Below the pieces are notes generated by a model that searched no databases, was not told the origin of the DNA, and saw only the letters and a list, made by a program, of their open reading frames with translations. Made by a program: the position numbers and the translations under genes. A stretch of 64,000 bases of DNA from Eubacterium sp. (lineage in GTDB: Bacteria > Bacillota > Clostridia > Lachnospirales > Lachnospiraceae), in assembly GCA_017634555.1 (NCBI GenBank), contig JAGBNF010000023.1, positions 3,198-67,197 on the forward strand, in the 5' to 3' direction. Of this stretch, positions 39,289 through 48,676 are shown in pieces. Position 1 is the stretch's first letter. The number at the start of each line of letters is the position of its first letter.

Positions 39289-40781
39289 GCCATATCACCT
39301 CCTAACCCGTATCTGCCGTTTATTTCAATCTTAACGTCCTGCAGATTCTCTATGTTGCGCTCCACAAGTCTCTCAAATTCATCATACATTTTCACCAGCT
39401 GTTCGGAAGAAACCTTTCCTGTCGCATTAAACAGCAGTTCGCACTGTGATCCGTAAAGACTGATGTAATCACAGGATTCCTTAAGCGCAAGCTCCAGTTC
39501 TCTGATATCAAGCATATCTCCCGACTCCGCCAGAATAAGCATATTGCTCACTCTCTTGATATATACGGTGAGGATACACAGTGCAGCCAGAAGCCTTCTG
39601 TCCGGATTCATATCCAGGAAGCCTATCAGACTTTCTATCCTGCACAGCTGCGGATATACCTTTTCATATATCTTGTCGTATATCTTATTTCTTGTAACAA
39701 GCTTAAGCTCTTCCTCCTTAAGCTCCTTCTCTCTTACAAGAAGGTCATGCTCTTCGGATAAATGTTCCCTCAGGTCTCTGAGTTCTTCTTCGATCTTTAC
39801 GATGTCACTCAAATCCTCTATCCAGTATATAAAACCGCCCTTGATCTTTGTGGCTCTTACTATACGTCCGTCAGAGGTAAGATTACCCGTCGCACTCTCG
39901 CCTGTTTTGGCAAAGCTGAGCCCTTCCACATTTCCGACGCTGTATATCTTTCTTCCTCTTTCGTCTGTGATCTCCGCAGGAATAGATGTCTTCTCAAAGA
40001 TTCTGTCGTACTTATAATTACTCCTGATAAGGCCTGTCTGAAGACACGTCTCCCAGAACCATATGATGCATATACAGAAAACATTCGGAATCGTTATAAA
40101 TCTTCTGAGCTGTAGACGGAAGCCCCATACTGAGATCAGAACATAAATAAGAAGTACTATAAGGGGAACAAAAGTAAAAATGATATGGTATATTTTTTTA
40201 ACATAGACATACTTACTGATGATCTTATAAATAGCCACGAGAAAAAGGCTGACTGCCCATGAAAGAATAAGATAATACACCACATTATAGGAATAATAGG
40301 ATTCATTGATACCACCCTTGAACTTAAATACAAGCTGGTGGAAATTGTTTGTGATAACAAAAAGAAACAGGATGATAGAAACAACAAACATCCATTGATT
40401 TTTCTTTACTCGGTCGTCCTTACTCATAACTCCGAGACAATCGGCTATGAGATATGAAATAAGCGGGATGAAAATAAGTGGGATATAGTACATGTACCAG
40501 AGATAGATCCTGACATTCAGATTGGCATCTCCCATAAATATATAGTACTTAATATCCTTTACGAACCAATGAAAAAGGAGCAGTGCAGAAAGAATCGTAA
40601 AAAGAAGTTTGATTCTTTGCGCAACTACTCTTTTCCTGACATTTATGCACCAGGCAGTGATGAGGACCACGTACTCAAGCGCAGAGAAGGGCTGGCCGGT
40701 AACCCCATTAAAGATTATCAGCACCAGCCCAACTATAATACATATTATCATCCATCTGATTATTTCAGAATCCGATTTCAT
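39285..40781 (-). CDS. 7TM sensor-like protein (HisKA_7TM-like N-terminus) with a degenerate kinase core
   Basis: YLWYMYYIPLIFIPL and VITNNFHQLVF motifs, then a coiled coil; no complete HATPase; start set to ATG 40781, just after the lipoprotein stop. Confidence 0.75.
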   Translation of the reverse strand: MKSDSEIIRWMIICIIVGLVLIIFNGVTGQPFSALEYVVLITAWCINVRKRVVAQRIKLLFTILSALLLFHWFVKDIKYYIFMGDANLNVRIYLWYMYYIPLIFIPLISYLIADCLGVMSKDDRVKKNQWMFVVSIILFLFVITNNFHQLVFKFKGGINESYYSYNVVYYLILSWAVSLFLVAIYKIISKYVYVKKIYHIIFTFVPLIVLLIYVLISVWGFRLQLRRFITIPNVFCICIIWFWETCLQTGLIRSNYKYDRIFEKTSIPAEITDERGRKIYSVGNVEGLSFAKTGESATGNLTSDGRIVRATKIKGGFIYWIEDLSDIVKIEEELRDLREHLSEEHDLLVREKELKEEELKLVTRNKIYDKIYEKVYPQLCRIESLIGFLDMNPDRRLLAALCILTVYIKRVSNMLILAESGDMLDIRELELALKESCDYISLYGSQCELLFNATGKVSSEQLVKMYDEFERLVERNIENLQDVKIEINGRYGLGGDMA

Positions 40782-40785
40782 ACTC

Positions 40786-41094
40786 TTACTCTTCTCCGAC
40801 CGGAGGTCCATATACCTCTTCCGGTTCATTGTCCTCAACAGTTATTTCTTCTGTTGTTTCTGTCTGATCATTATTATCATCCGATTCTGTTACAGGATCG
40901 GCTTCCTCATCAAACCATTCAGGCGGACCATATACCGTAGGCTCTTCATTAACCTCTGTCGTTATCTCTGTGGTATTGTCATCCGGAGCAGGACCATATA
41001 CCGCAGGCTGCCTGTTGGAACCGCATGCAGACGCACCGAAAAGTACCGATGCGGCAAGTCCCATTAATGCAATTTTCTTTGGATTCTTCTTCAT
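40786..41094 (-). CDS. Small acidic lipoprotein with three VYGP motifs; candidate rSAM substrate
   Basis: Signal MKKNPKKIALMGLAASVLFGASA-C; motifs PAVYGPAP, PTVYGPPE and EEVYGPPV in a disordered E/T/D-rich chain. Confidence 0.82.
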   Translation of the reverse strand: MKKNPKKIALMGLAASVLFGASACGSNRQPAVYGPAPDDNTTEITTEVNEEPTVYGPPEWFDEEADPVTESDDNNDQTETTEEITVEDNEPEEVYGPPVGEE

Positions 41095-41108
41095 AGTATC
41101 ATCCTTCT

Positions 41109-42479
41109 TTACTGTCTGTCTTTGAAAGGAATGTACTCCCTTTCCTCCATAATACTCTGATATGCAGGTCTTATGATCTTATCGACATTTATCAGTTCCT
41201 CAATTCTGTGAGCTGACCATCCTACGATTCTCGCGATTGCGAATATCGGAGTATAAAGCTCAACAGGGATATCCAGCATGTTATAAACAAATCCGCTGTA
41301 GAAATCCACATTTGCACTGACACCCTTATATATCTTGCGTCTTCTTCCGATTACTTCAGGTGCGAGCTTCTCGATATTTGAGTAAAGCTTGAAATCCTCC
41401 TGTCTATCCTTATCCTTTGCAAGCTTTTCAACAAACTCCTTGAAAACTCTTGCTCTCGGATCGGAGATTGCATATACAGCATGTCCGATACCGTAGATAA
41501 GTCCGGCCTTATCAAATGCTTTCTTATCGACTATCTGTGTAAGATAGTAATCCAGCTTCTCCAGATCATCATAATCAGTAACATTCTCTCTGATGTCATC
41601 CATCATCTGCATAACCTTAAGGTTTGCACCACCGTGCTTAGGTCCCTTAAGTGATGACAGAGCTGCTGCCATAACAGAATAAGTATCAGAACCGGCACTG
41701 GATACAACTCTTGTTGTAAAGGTTGAGTTATTACCGCCGCCATGCTCCATATGAAGCACAAGCGCAGCATCAAGAACCTGTGCCTCCAGCTTTGTATACT
41801 GCTTATCAGGTCTCAGCATTCTGAGAAGATTCTCAGCTGCCGAAAGTTCCGGATCAGGTCTGTGAATATACATACTCTCATCACATTCATAATGATTATA
41901 TGCACAGTAACCGTATACAGCCAGCATAGGGAAAATACTGATAAGTGACAGGCACTGTCTCAGCACGTTCGGAATAGAAAGATCCGATACATTTCCGTCA
42001 TATGCCGCAAGTGTAAGCACCGACTTTGTCATGGAATTCATAATATCCTGACTTGGTGCCTTCATGATTATATCTCTTGTAAAATTTTTCGGAAGCGTAC
42101 GCAGCGAACCTAGGATATCCTTAAACTCCTTAAGCTGCTCTGCATTTGGCAGATCTCCGAAAAGAAGAAGGTATGTGATCTCCTCAAAACCGAATCTCTT
42201 AAAACCGAAATCCTTTACGAGATCCATAACGTTATAGCCTCTGTACCACAGCTGACCATCACAAGGTACAACCTTTCCGTCGACTATATCAGATGCGATA
42301 ATCTCTGAGATGTTCGTTACCCCCGTAAGAACACCCTTTCCGTTTTTATCTCTGAGTCCTCTTTTTACACCCAGCTCATCATATAATCCCACGCGAACAG
42401 AATCGGCATGTCTGCAGACAGACTCATGCTCTTTTGTGTACTTGATAATGTTTCTTCCGATCTTGATGTTTTCTTCCAA
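41109..42479 (-). CDS. gltA: Citrate synthase (Si-type / methylcitrate synthase family)
   Basis: LWYRGY, LHMEHGGGNNSTFT, GPKHGGAN, GIGHAVY..SDPRA, NVDFYSG and ARIVGWSAH. Confidence 0.93.
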   Translation of the reverse strand: MEENIKIGRNIIKYTKEHESVCRHADSVRVGLYDELGVKRGLRDKNGKGVLTGVTNISEIIASDIVDGKVVPCDGQLWYRGYNVMDLVKDFGFKRFGFEEITYLLLFGDLPNAEQLKEFKDILGSLRTLPKNFTRDIIMKAPSQDIMNSMTKSVLTLAAYDGNVSDLSIPNVLRQCLSLISIFPMLAVYGYCAYNHYECDESMYIHRPDPELSAAENLLRMLRPDKQYTKLEAQVLDAALVLHMEHGGGNNSTFTTRVVSSAGSDTYSVMAAALSSLKGPKHGGANLKVMQMMDDIRENVTDYDDLEKLDYYLTQIVDKKAFDKAGLIYGIGHAVYAISDPRARVFKEFVEKLAKDKDRQEDFKLYSNIEKLAPEVIGRRRKIYKGVSANVDFYSGFVYNMLDIPVELYTPIFAIARIVGWSAHRIEELINVDKIIRPAYQSIMEEREYIPFKDRQ

Positions 42480-42500
42480 TTCTTGCCCTCCTGTTAAAAC

Positions 42501-43580
42501 CTAAATGATTATGCCTCCGCCTACTACTCGTTCACCGTCATATGCAACCAGTGACTGGCCTTTTGTTACTGCACGGACGGGCTGGTCAAAATGTACCTTC
42601 ACTATACCACTCTCTTCTTTAGTAAGAATCCCGGAAGCCTCCTTCGCGCGATATCTTATCTTTGCCGTGACTCTGAGTTCATCCTTCTCTGCATCACATT
42701 TGTTAATAAAATTCCACTCTGCCGCTCTTACCTCATCCGTAAAAAGATCATCATCACTTCCCAGAACCACCGTATTGGTCTCAGGTATTATCTCTATCAC
42801 ATAGAGCGGCTCTGCGGCAGAAATACCGAGTCCTCTTCTCTGACCGATAGTGTAGTGATAATATCCTTTATTCTTACCGAGAACATTACCTTCCTTATCA
42901 ACGAAGTCTCCTTCACCGATATGTCTGTCCAGTACCTCCTCGATAACTCTCGCATAATTTCCGTCAGGCACAAAACAGATGTCCTGACTGTCCGGCTTAT
43001 CAGAGTTGATCAGTCCTGCTTCCGAAGCCAGAACCCTCGCCTCATCCTTAGTCATATCTCCAAGCGGAAGATACAGATAGGACAGCTGCTCCTGATTCAG
43101 AAAGTACAGTACGTAGGTCTGATCCTTGGATGTATCCACTGACTTCAAAAGACAGTATTCACCGAGCTCCTCATTATATACTACTCTCGCATAATGTCCC
43201 GTTACGATCTTCTCACATCCATACTCTTCGGCTCTTTCCTTCAGAGCGCCGAACTTCATATATCTGTTGCAGTCTATACATGGATTAGGAGTTGCTCCGT
43301 CAAGATAGGTTCTGACAAATTTATCAATAACCTTTTCCTTGAAGCCCTCCTTAAAGTTTACTACGTAATAAGGGAATCCAAGCCTTACCGCCACCGCCCT
43401 GGCATCATCCACATCCTTTACGGAACAGCAGGTCTTCGTGTCCTTCATTCCTGCCTGCTCATTATCGTAAAGCTTCATCGTGATGCCGATGGGTGAATAT
43501 CCATTTTTTATTACCAAGAGTGCCGCAACCGAGCTGTCAACTCCTCCGCTCATTGCGACAAGCATTTTTCTGTCACTCAT
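42501..43580 (-). CDS. mnmA: tRNA 2-thiouridine(34) synthase
   Basis: AMSGGVDSS PP-loop, KTCCS, TPNPCIDCN, TGHYA, KDQTY.L, DSQDICF and YTIGQRRGLG. Confidence 0.97.
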   Translation of the reverse strand: MSDRKMLVAMSGGVDSSVAALLVIKNGYSPIGITMKLYDNEQAGMKDTKTCCSVKDVDDARAVAVRLGFPYYVVNFKEGFKEKVIDKFVRTYLDGATPNPCIDCNRYMKFGALKERAEEYGCEKIVTGHYARVVYNEELGEYCLLKSVDTSKDQTYVLYFLNQEQLSYLYLPLGDMTKDEARVLASEAGLINSDKPDSQDICFVPDGNYARVIEEVLDRHIGEGDFVDKEGNVLGKNKGYYHYTIGQRRGLGISAAEPLYVIEIIPETNTVVLGSDDDLFTDEVRAAEWNFINKCDAEKDELRVTAKIRYRAKEASGILTKEESGIVKVHFDQPVRAVTKGQSLVAYDGERVVGGGIII

Positions 43581-43632
43581 ATATCGTCTCTTTCATTTCC
43601 CGAATTATTATTTATATTCCTTTTGACACCGG

Positions 43633-43676
43633 ATGACATACGGATTGCATTTTGACTTTTGACACTTATGTCATAT
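43633..43676 (-). promoter_or_regulatory. Structured leader element shared with the rlmD upstream region
   Basis: 15/15 and 24/27 nt blocks match 62487-62568; closing stem ATGACATA/TATGTCAT. Confidence 0.55.
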
Positions 43677-43732
43677 CTATAATACATGTATCAAATGCAT
43701 CTTTCGATAGTCCTATTGCAGTAAATTGTCCA

Positions 43733-45283
43733 TTACAGCAACGGTGCTATCATCACCAGCAATGAATCAAACACTTTTCCGACTATCGTCTTTCGTGTAT
43801 CCTCCAGCGTTATCTCCCTGCATATCCTGAAGGTCTCTCTCATATCCTGTTCAAGCTCGGCTACAGCTCTGTTCTCCGCAAAGAAGAGTCCATCCTCAAA
43901 GTGAAGGAACAGGCTTCTGTAATCGAAATTAACTGTACCTACTGTAGCTCTCTGTCCATCAATGAGAAGGCACTTGGAATGTATGAAGCCCGGAGTATAT
44001 TCATATATCCTTACACCGGCTGCAATAAGGTGTGCATAGCTGGATCTTGTAGCTCTGTATACCATCTTCTTATCCGGAATCCCCGGCGTTACTATCCTGA
44101 CATCAATGCCCTTCTTGGCCGCAAGGCAGAAGGCCGTTGTCAGCTCATCACTGAGTATAAGATATGGTGTATAAACATATACGAACTTCTCAGCCTGATC
44201 AATCATCTCAAGATAGATATTCTCCGAAAGCAGAATGGTGTCGAAGGGTTCGTCACCATATGGCTGTACATAACCGTCTCCACCTATCGTATAAGTATGG
44301 CTGCCCATATATTTCTTTACCGAATCCTCTTCAAAGGTTCCCGGTACGATTGCCTCCCACATTTCCATGTACATGAGAGCAAAGGATCTTACCGCCTCAC
44401 CTTCTACTCTTACACCGGCATCCTTCCAGTGTCCGTACGGACTGTTTATATTTATATATCTGTCACTGAGATTTATACCACCCGTAAAGGCTGTATTTCC
44501 ATCGATAACCAGCATCTTTCGGTGATCACGGTTATTCATAAAAGGAGAAAAGAACGGAACAACACGGTTAAACTTGATTGCGTGAATGTTCGGACTCAGG
44601 CTCTCAAGCTCCTTCGGATATTTCTTCGGAAGATAGGCTATCGACCCGAAATCATCATACATGATGCGGACCTCGACTCCCTTTTCCGCCTTTTCCTTAA
44701 GGATATCCAGTATGGTGTTCCACACCACTCCGATCTCTATGGTAAAGTATTCGATAAAGATATATTTCTCTGCACCCTTCAGTGCATTTATCATTGCATC
44801 GAAAAGCTCTTTTCCGTCCTTGTAATACTCAACATCCGAATTCTTAAATACGGGATAATTCCCATCATTTAAAATGTACTTCGAAGTAAGAGAAGATCTT
44901 CTCTTATCCTTCTCCATCTCAGGCAGAATGCTCTTATCCTGGAAATAATACTTTCTGAATTTATCATCTGCCGCATCAAGTCTTCTCTTGAATTTTCTGC
45001 CCGGGCGCTTGTCGCCGTAAAGCATGTAGAAAGGAACTCCGAACACCGGGAAGATAAGAACTATAACGATCCATATGGTCTTATACTCCATCTTCTCGTT
45101 CTTTCGGTTAATTATATAAACTATATAAATAATACTCAGAACACGAATGATCGAATCAAATATCTTATTCGATTGAAATATCTGAAGATACAGCATGAGC
45201 ATCCATGCAATCTGAATTATTATAAATATCAGACTCATAAACACACGGCTGAAAAACAGCTTTTTGTATTTCTTTTCCATCAT
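43733..45283 (-). CDS. cls: Cardiolipin synthase
   Basis: N-terminal TM helices and two HKD motifs (DHRKMLVID, HSKCLLID). Confidence 0.93.
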   Translation of the reverse strand: MMEKKYKKLFFSRVFMSLIFIIIQIAWMLMLYLQIFQSNKIFDSIIRVLSIIYIVYIINRKNEKMEYKTIWIVIVLIFPVFGVPFYMLYGDKRPGRKFKRRLDAADDKFRKYYFQDKSILPEMEKDKRRSSLTSKYILNDGNYPVFKNSDVEYYKDGKELFDAMINALKGAEKYIFIEYFTIEIGVVWNTILDILKEKAEKGVEVRIMYDDFGSIAYLPKKYPKELESLSPNIHAIKFNRVVPFFSPFMNNRDHRKMLVIDGNTAFTGGINLSDRYININSPYGHWKDAGVRVEGEAVRSFALMYMEMWEAIVPGTFEEDSVKKYMGSHTYTIGGDGYVQPYGDEPFDTILLSENIYLEMIDQAEKFVYVYTPYLILSDELTTAFCLAAKKGIDVRIVTPGIPDKKMVYRATRSSYAHLIAAGVRIYEYTPGFIHSKCLLIDGQRATVGTVNFDYRSLFLHFEDGLFFAENRAVAELEQDMRETFRICREITLEDTRKTIVGKVFDSLLVMIAPLL

Positions 45284-45349
45284 GTCTCCGTACTACCGCT
45301 TAAAACCCTTAATCCCATTAATTCATCAAACTTCTTGCCGGTGATCCGA

Positions 45350-46177
45350 CTAGTTGATATGCCTCAGTTCACTAAGACAGCTCTTCATTCGTGAATCAAA
45401 CTGCTGAGAGAAATCAGCCTGATGATCATATCCGTCCACATAGAACGATCTGAGCACGGTCTTCATGACTTCCTTCACGTTTTCCTGTGCTCCTGCCCTG
45501 AATTCGGCCGCCTTGGCCTTTCGATATCCGGCTATGCCGCTTTCCTCTATACGCTCGGTATCACCGACAATACCTGCGTAGGTCATAAGATCATCATCAC
45601 TGATGGTCTCAATCCTTCCTGCCTCATTCTCGGCACGTTCTGTTATTTCCCTGACCTTTTTCTGCTCAAACTTTATAAATCTGTGCCACTTCATGACAAA
45701 TGCCGAGTGGCCCTCCAGATCATCTATACCCAGCCAGTCCCTTACTCTGACCTCGGTACGATCTTCCTTTTCACATTCCCCTATCTGAAGGAAATAATCA
45801 AATCCCTTTTCGTTATAAATCCTTCCGAGAGGAAAGAGCCTGCATATAGAAGGCCTGTTTTTATGGATACTGCACCTTTTTTCTTCATTTAAAAATGTGC
45901 AGCCCTTGTCCATTTTGAGATGAGGAAGTATTATGGTATCCTTCATCCCCAGCTCCACCTGAAACGAGGTCAAAAGCTCATCAAAGCTTTTCCCCGTAGC
46001 GAGCGTCATATTATATATATCGAAGGGATCGAGTACTATGGTATTGCCCATATCACTCTCACAGCATTTCGAGCAGCCAGCACAACCGGCCGTATCGGCC
46101 TTTACCATATCGTCTGCTCCGTAAAGCTTCCCGTCGGAAATATCATTTATGTCATCATATCTAAGCAATCCGAACAC
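45350..46177 (-). CDS. YkgJ/FliB-family cysteine-cluster protein
   Basis: CAGCSKCC and CTFL....CSIH..RP.ICRLFPLGR. Confidence 0.85.
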   Translation of the reverse strand: MFGLLRYDDINDISDGKLYGADDMVKADTAGCAGCSKCCESDMGNTIVLDPFDIYNMTLATGKSFDELLTSFQVELGMKDTIILPHLKMDKGCTFLNEEKRCSIHKNRPSICRLFPLGRIYNEKGFDYFLQIGECEKEDRTEVRVRDWLGIDDLEGHSAFVMKWHRFIKFEQKKVREITERAENEAGRIETISDDDLMTYAGIVGDTERIEESGIAGYRKAKAAEFRAGAQENVKEVMKTVLRSFYVDGYDHQADFSQQFDSRMKSCLSELRHIN

Positions 46178-46255
46178 TCCTTCACTTAGGATAAGTATAA
46201 ACCTTTCAACATTATATCAAACATAGTTCGTTCAAACAACTTTTATTGTCAGACA

Positions 46256-46289
46256 AAAGAAAAGCCCCACATTTGAAATGTGAGGCTTT
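46256..46289 (-). terminator. Intrinsic terminator after the BI-1/YccA gene
   Basis: Minus strand AAAGCCTCACATTT-C-AAATGTGGGGCTTTTCTTTT. Confidence 0.7.
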
Positions 46290-46319
46290 GGAATACACTT
46301 CTTAAATTGTAATTCCGGA

Positions 46320-47294
46320 TTATCTTCTTGCTCTTCCCATGATTCTGAGTAATCTGATGAACAGGTTAATGAAGTCAAGGTAAAGCTCAAGAGCTCCGTA
46401 AAGACCGATAACCAGCGGATCAAGGTAAGAATTACCTGTCGCAAGCTTCTTGATCTTCTGGATGTCATATGCTGTAAGACCCATGAAAATGATTATTCCA
46501 ACGATAGTTAAGATATAATCAAATGCTTCTGATCTAAGGAACATATTAACAACGCTGCAAAGGACGATACCAATGAGACCAATTAATAAGATATTTCCAA
46601 GCTTTGTAAGATCAAGCTTTGTGAAGTATCCGATTCCTGCCATAAGGCCGAATACTAAAGCTGTCATAAAGAAAGCCTTGGTGATATCTGCTCTGGCATA
46701 TGCATAGAAGATAACTGATAATGTAAGTCCGTTAACTACCGCATAACCAAAGAAGCAAATTGCTGAAACTGATACGTTGTTCTTCTTCATTGCTGCCTGT
46801 GCTGCAAAAACAAGTGCAAGCTCAGCGATAAAGCAAACAATGATCTTAACTACAAGTGTACTTGGATCTCCTCCGAAAAGGAAATTTGAGTTAAATGCAA
46901 CGAGTGATGAAATACCTGTTACAAGAAGTGCTAAAAACATAAACAGAAAGCTCTTTATAAGTACATCATTAACATCTACGTTGCTTACAGGCATAGCTAC
47001 AGCTGCTCTGATGCTTGCAGGATTCTGATAGTATGCACCGCCGTATGGGCTTCCGCCATTCTGTCCGCCGTATGGATTTGTACCATATGGGCTCTGCTGT
47101 CCGCCGTATGGACTCTGTCCACCGTAAGGATTCTGCTGTCCGCCATAAGGATTCTGTCCACCGTATGGGCTCTGTGATTGATTCTGTGCACCGTTAAGAT
47201 TTACATCTTCACTGCTCTTGTTCAGACTGTACTTGTTGCCAGTTTCTGAACTTGTGGTCTGATAATAATCATTGCTGTTATAATCATTATCCAT
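46320..47294 (-). CDS. Bax inhibitor-1/YccA-family membrane protein with an N-terminal PYGGQ repeat region
   Basis: Seven-TM pattern, FMGLTAYDIQKIK and GALELYLDFINLF signature. Confidence 0.92.
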   Translation of the reverse strand: MDNDYNSNDYYQTTSSETGNKYSLNKSSEDVNLNGAQNQSQSPYGGQNPYGGQQNPYGGQSPYGGQQSPYGTNPYGGQNGGSPYGGAYYQNPASIRAAVAMPVSNVDVNDVLIKSFLFMFLALLVTGISSLVAFNSNFLFGGDPSTLVVKIIVCFIAELALVFAAQAAMKKNNVSVSAICFFGYAVVNGLTLSVIFYAYARADITKAFFMTALVFGLMAGIGYFTKLDLTKLGNILLIGLIGIVLCSVVNMFLRSEAFDYILTIVGIIIFMGLTAYDIQKIKKLATGNSYLDPLVIGLYGALELYLDFINLFIRLLRIMGRARR

Positions 47295-47348
47295 GTTATA
47301 AAAACCTCCTTTAAATAATCAACTTTTAAACCTTCAATTTTAAAAGAC

Positions 47349-47377
47349 ATAATATCATGTTATTGCGAATTTTTCAA
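47349..47377 (-). promoter_or_regulatory. Sigma-A-type promoter for the BI-1/YccA gene
   Basis: Minus strand TTGAAA-N17-TATTAT. Confidence 0.5.
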
Positions 47378-47420
47378 TATATCCCGCATAATATTTCAAA
47401 CATTTTTAATAGTTTGCTTC

Positions 47421-48599
47421 TTAGTGATGGAAAAGTCTGATTCCCGTAAATGCCATAGCGATATTGTACTTATCGCATGTTTCGATAACATTATCGTCTC
47501 TGATAGATCCGCCAGGCTGAGCGATATACTGAACACCGCTTCTGTGAGCTCTCTCTACATTATCACCGAATGGGAAGAATGCATCCGATCCGAGAGCAAC
47601 ACCTGTATTCTGAGCAAGCCATGCCTTACGCTCCTCACGTGTGAATACTGCAGGCTTCTCTGTGAAGAACTTCTGCCACTCACCCTCACCGATAACATCC
47701 TCATAATCATCGCTGATGTAAACATCGATAGTATTATCTCTGTCTGCACGTCTGATATCAGCCTTGAAAGGAAGGTTGAGAACCTGTGGAGCCTGACGAA
47801 GGAACCACTTATCAGCCTTGTCACCTGCAAGTCTTGTACAGTGAACTCTTGACTGCTGTCCTGCACCGATACCGATAGCCTGTCCGCCCTTTACATAGCA
47901 AACAGAATTTGACTGTGTATACTTAAGTGTGATCATTGCGATAGCAAGATCGATCTTAGCTGACTCAGGGATTTCCTTGTTAGCTGTAACTACATTATCG
48001 AAGAAATGCTCGTCGATGTTAAGCTCATTTCTTCCCTGCTCAAATGTAACACCGTAAACATCTTTCTGCTCAAGCGGAGCAGGTACATAATCAGGATCGA
48101 TCTGGATAACACAGTAGTTACCGTTCTTCTTAGCCTTGAGGATCTCAAGTGCTTCGTCTGTGTAACCCGGAGCGATGATTCCGTCTGAAACCTCTCTCTT
48201 TACAAGCTTTGCTGTATCAGCATCACATACATCCGAAAGTGAAATAAAATCTCCGAATGATGACATTCTGTCGGCACCTCTTGCTCTTGCATAAGCTGAT
48301 GCAAGTGCTGAAAGCTCGCCCATATCATCTACCCAGTAAATCTTCTTCTCAATATCTGTAAGCGGTGTACCTACTGCAGCACCTGCAGGAGAAACATGCT
48401 TAAAGCTTGTAGCTGCAGGAAGGCCTGTTGCCTTCTTAAGCTCCTTTACAAGCTGCCAGCCGTTGAATGCATCAAGAAGATTGATAAATCCCGGCTTACC
48501 GTTTACTACTGTAAAAGGAAGCTCACCGTCACCCTTCATGAAAACTCTTGAAGGCTTTTGATTTGGGTTACATCCGTACTTTAATTCTAACTCTTTCAT
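47421..48599 (-). CDS. purH: AICAR transformylase (PurH C-terminal domain only)
   Basis: LKYGCNPNQ, SFKHVSPAG, SSFGDF, QSNSV, GAGQQSR, SDAFFPF, QPGGSIRD; lacks the MGS-like IMP cyclohydrolase domain. Confidence 0.92.
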   Translation of the reverse strand: MKELELKYGCNPNQKPSRVFMKGDGELPFTVVNGKPGFINLLDAFNGWQLVKELKKATGLPAATSFKHVSPAGAAVGTPLTDIEKKIYWVDDMGELSALASAYARARGADRMSSFGDFISLSDVCDADTAKLVKREVSDGIIAPGYTDEALEILKAKKNGNYCVIQIDPDYVPAPLEQKDVYGVTFEQGRNELNIDEHFFDNVVTANKEIPESAKIDLAIAMITLKYTQSNSVCYVKGGQAIGIGAGQQSRVHCTRLAGDKADKWFLRQAPQVLNLPFKADIRRADRDNTIDVYISDDYEDVIGEGEWQKFFTEKPAVFTREERKAWLAQNTGVALGSDAFFPFGDNVERAHRSGVQYIAQPGGSIRDDNVIETCDKYNIAMAFTGIRLFHH

Positions 48600-48676
48600 T
48601 TTGTACTCCTCACTTTTCTATTTGTCTTGTTCTGATTTATGACTTGTTCTGACTTATTCTTACCGAACCTTATTTT

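Noticed and set aside
40782-40838. Apparent 53-bp overlap between the lipoprotein and 7TM sensor genes
   Set aside because: It disappears when the ATG at 40781, which has its own RBS, is used
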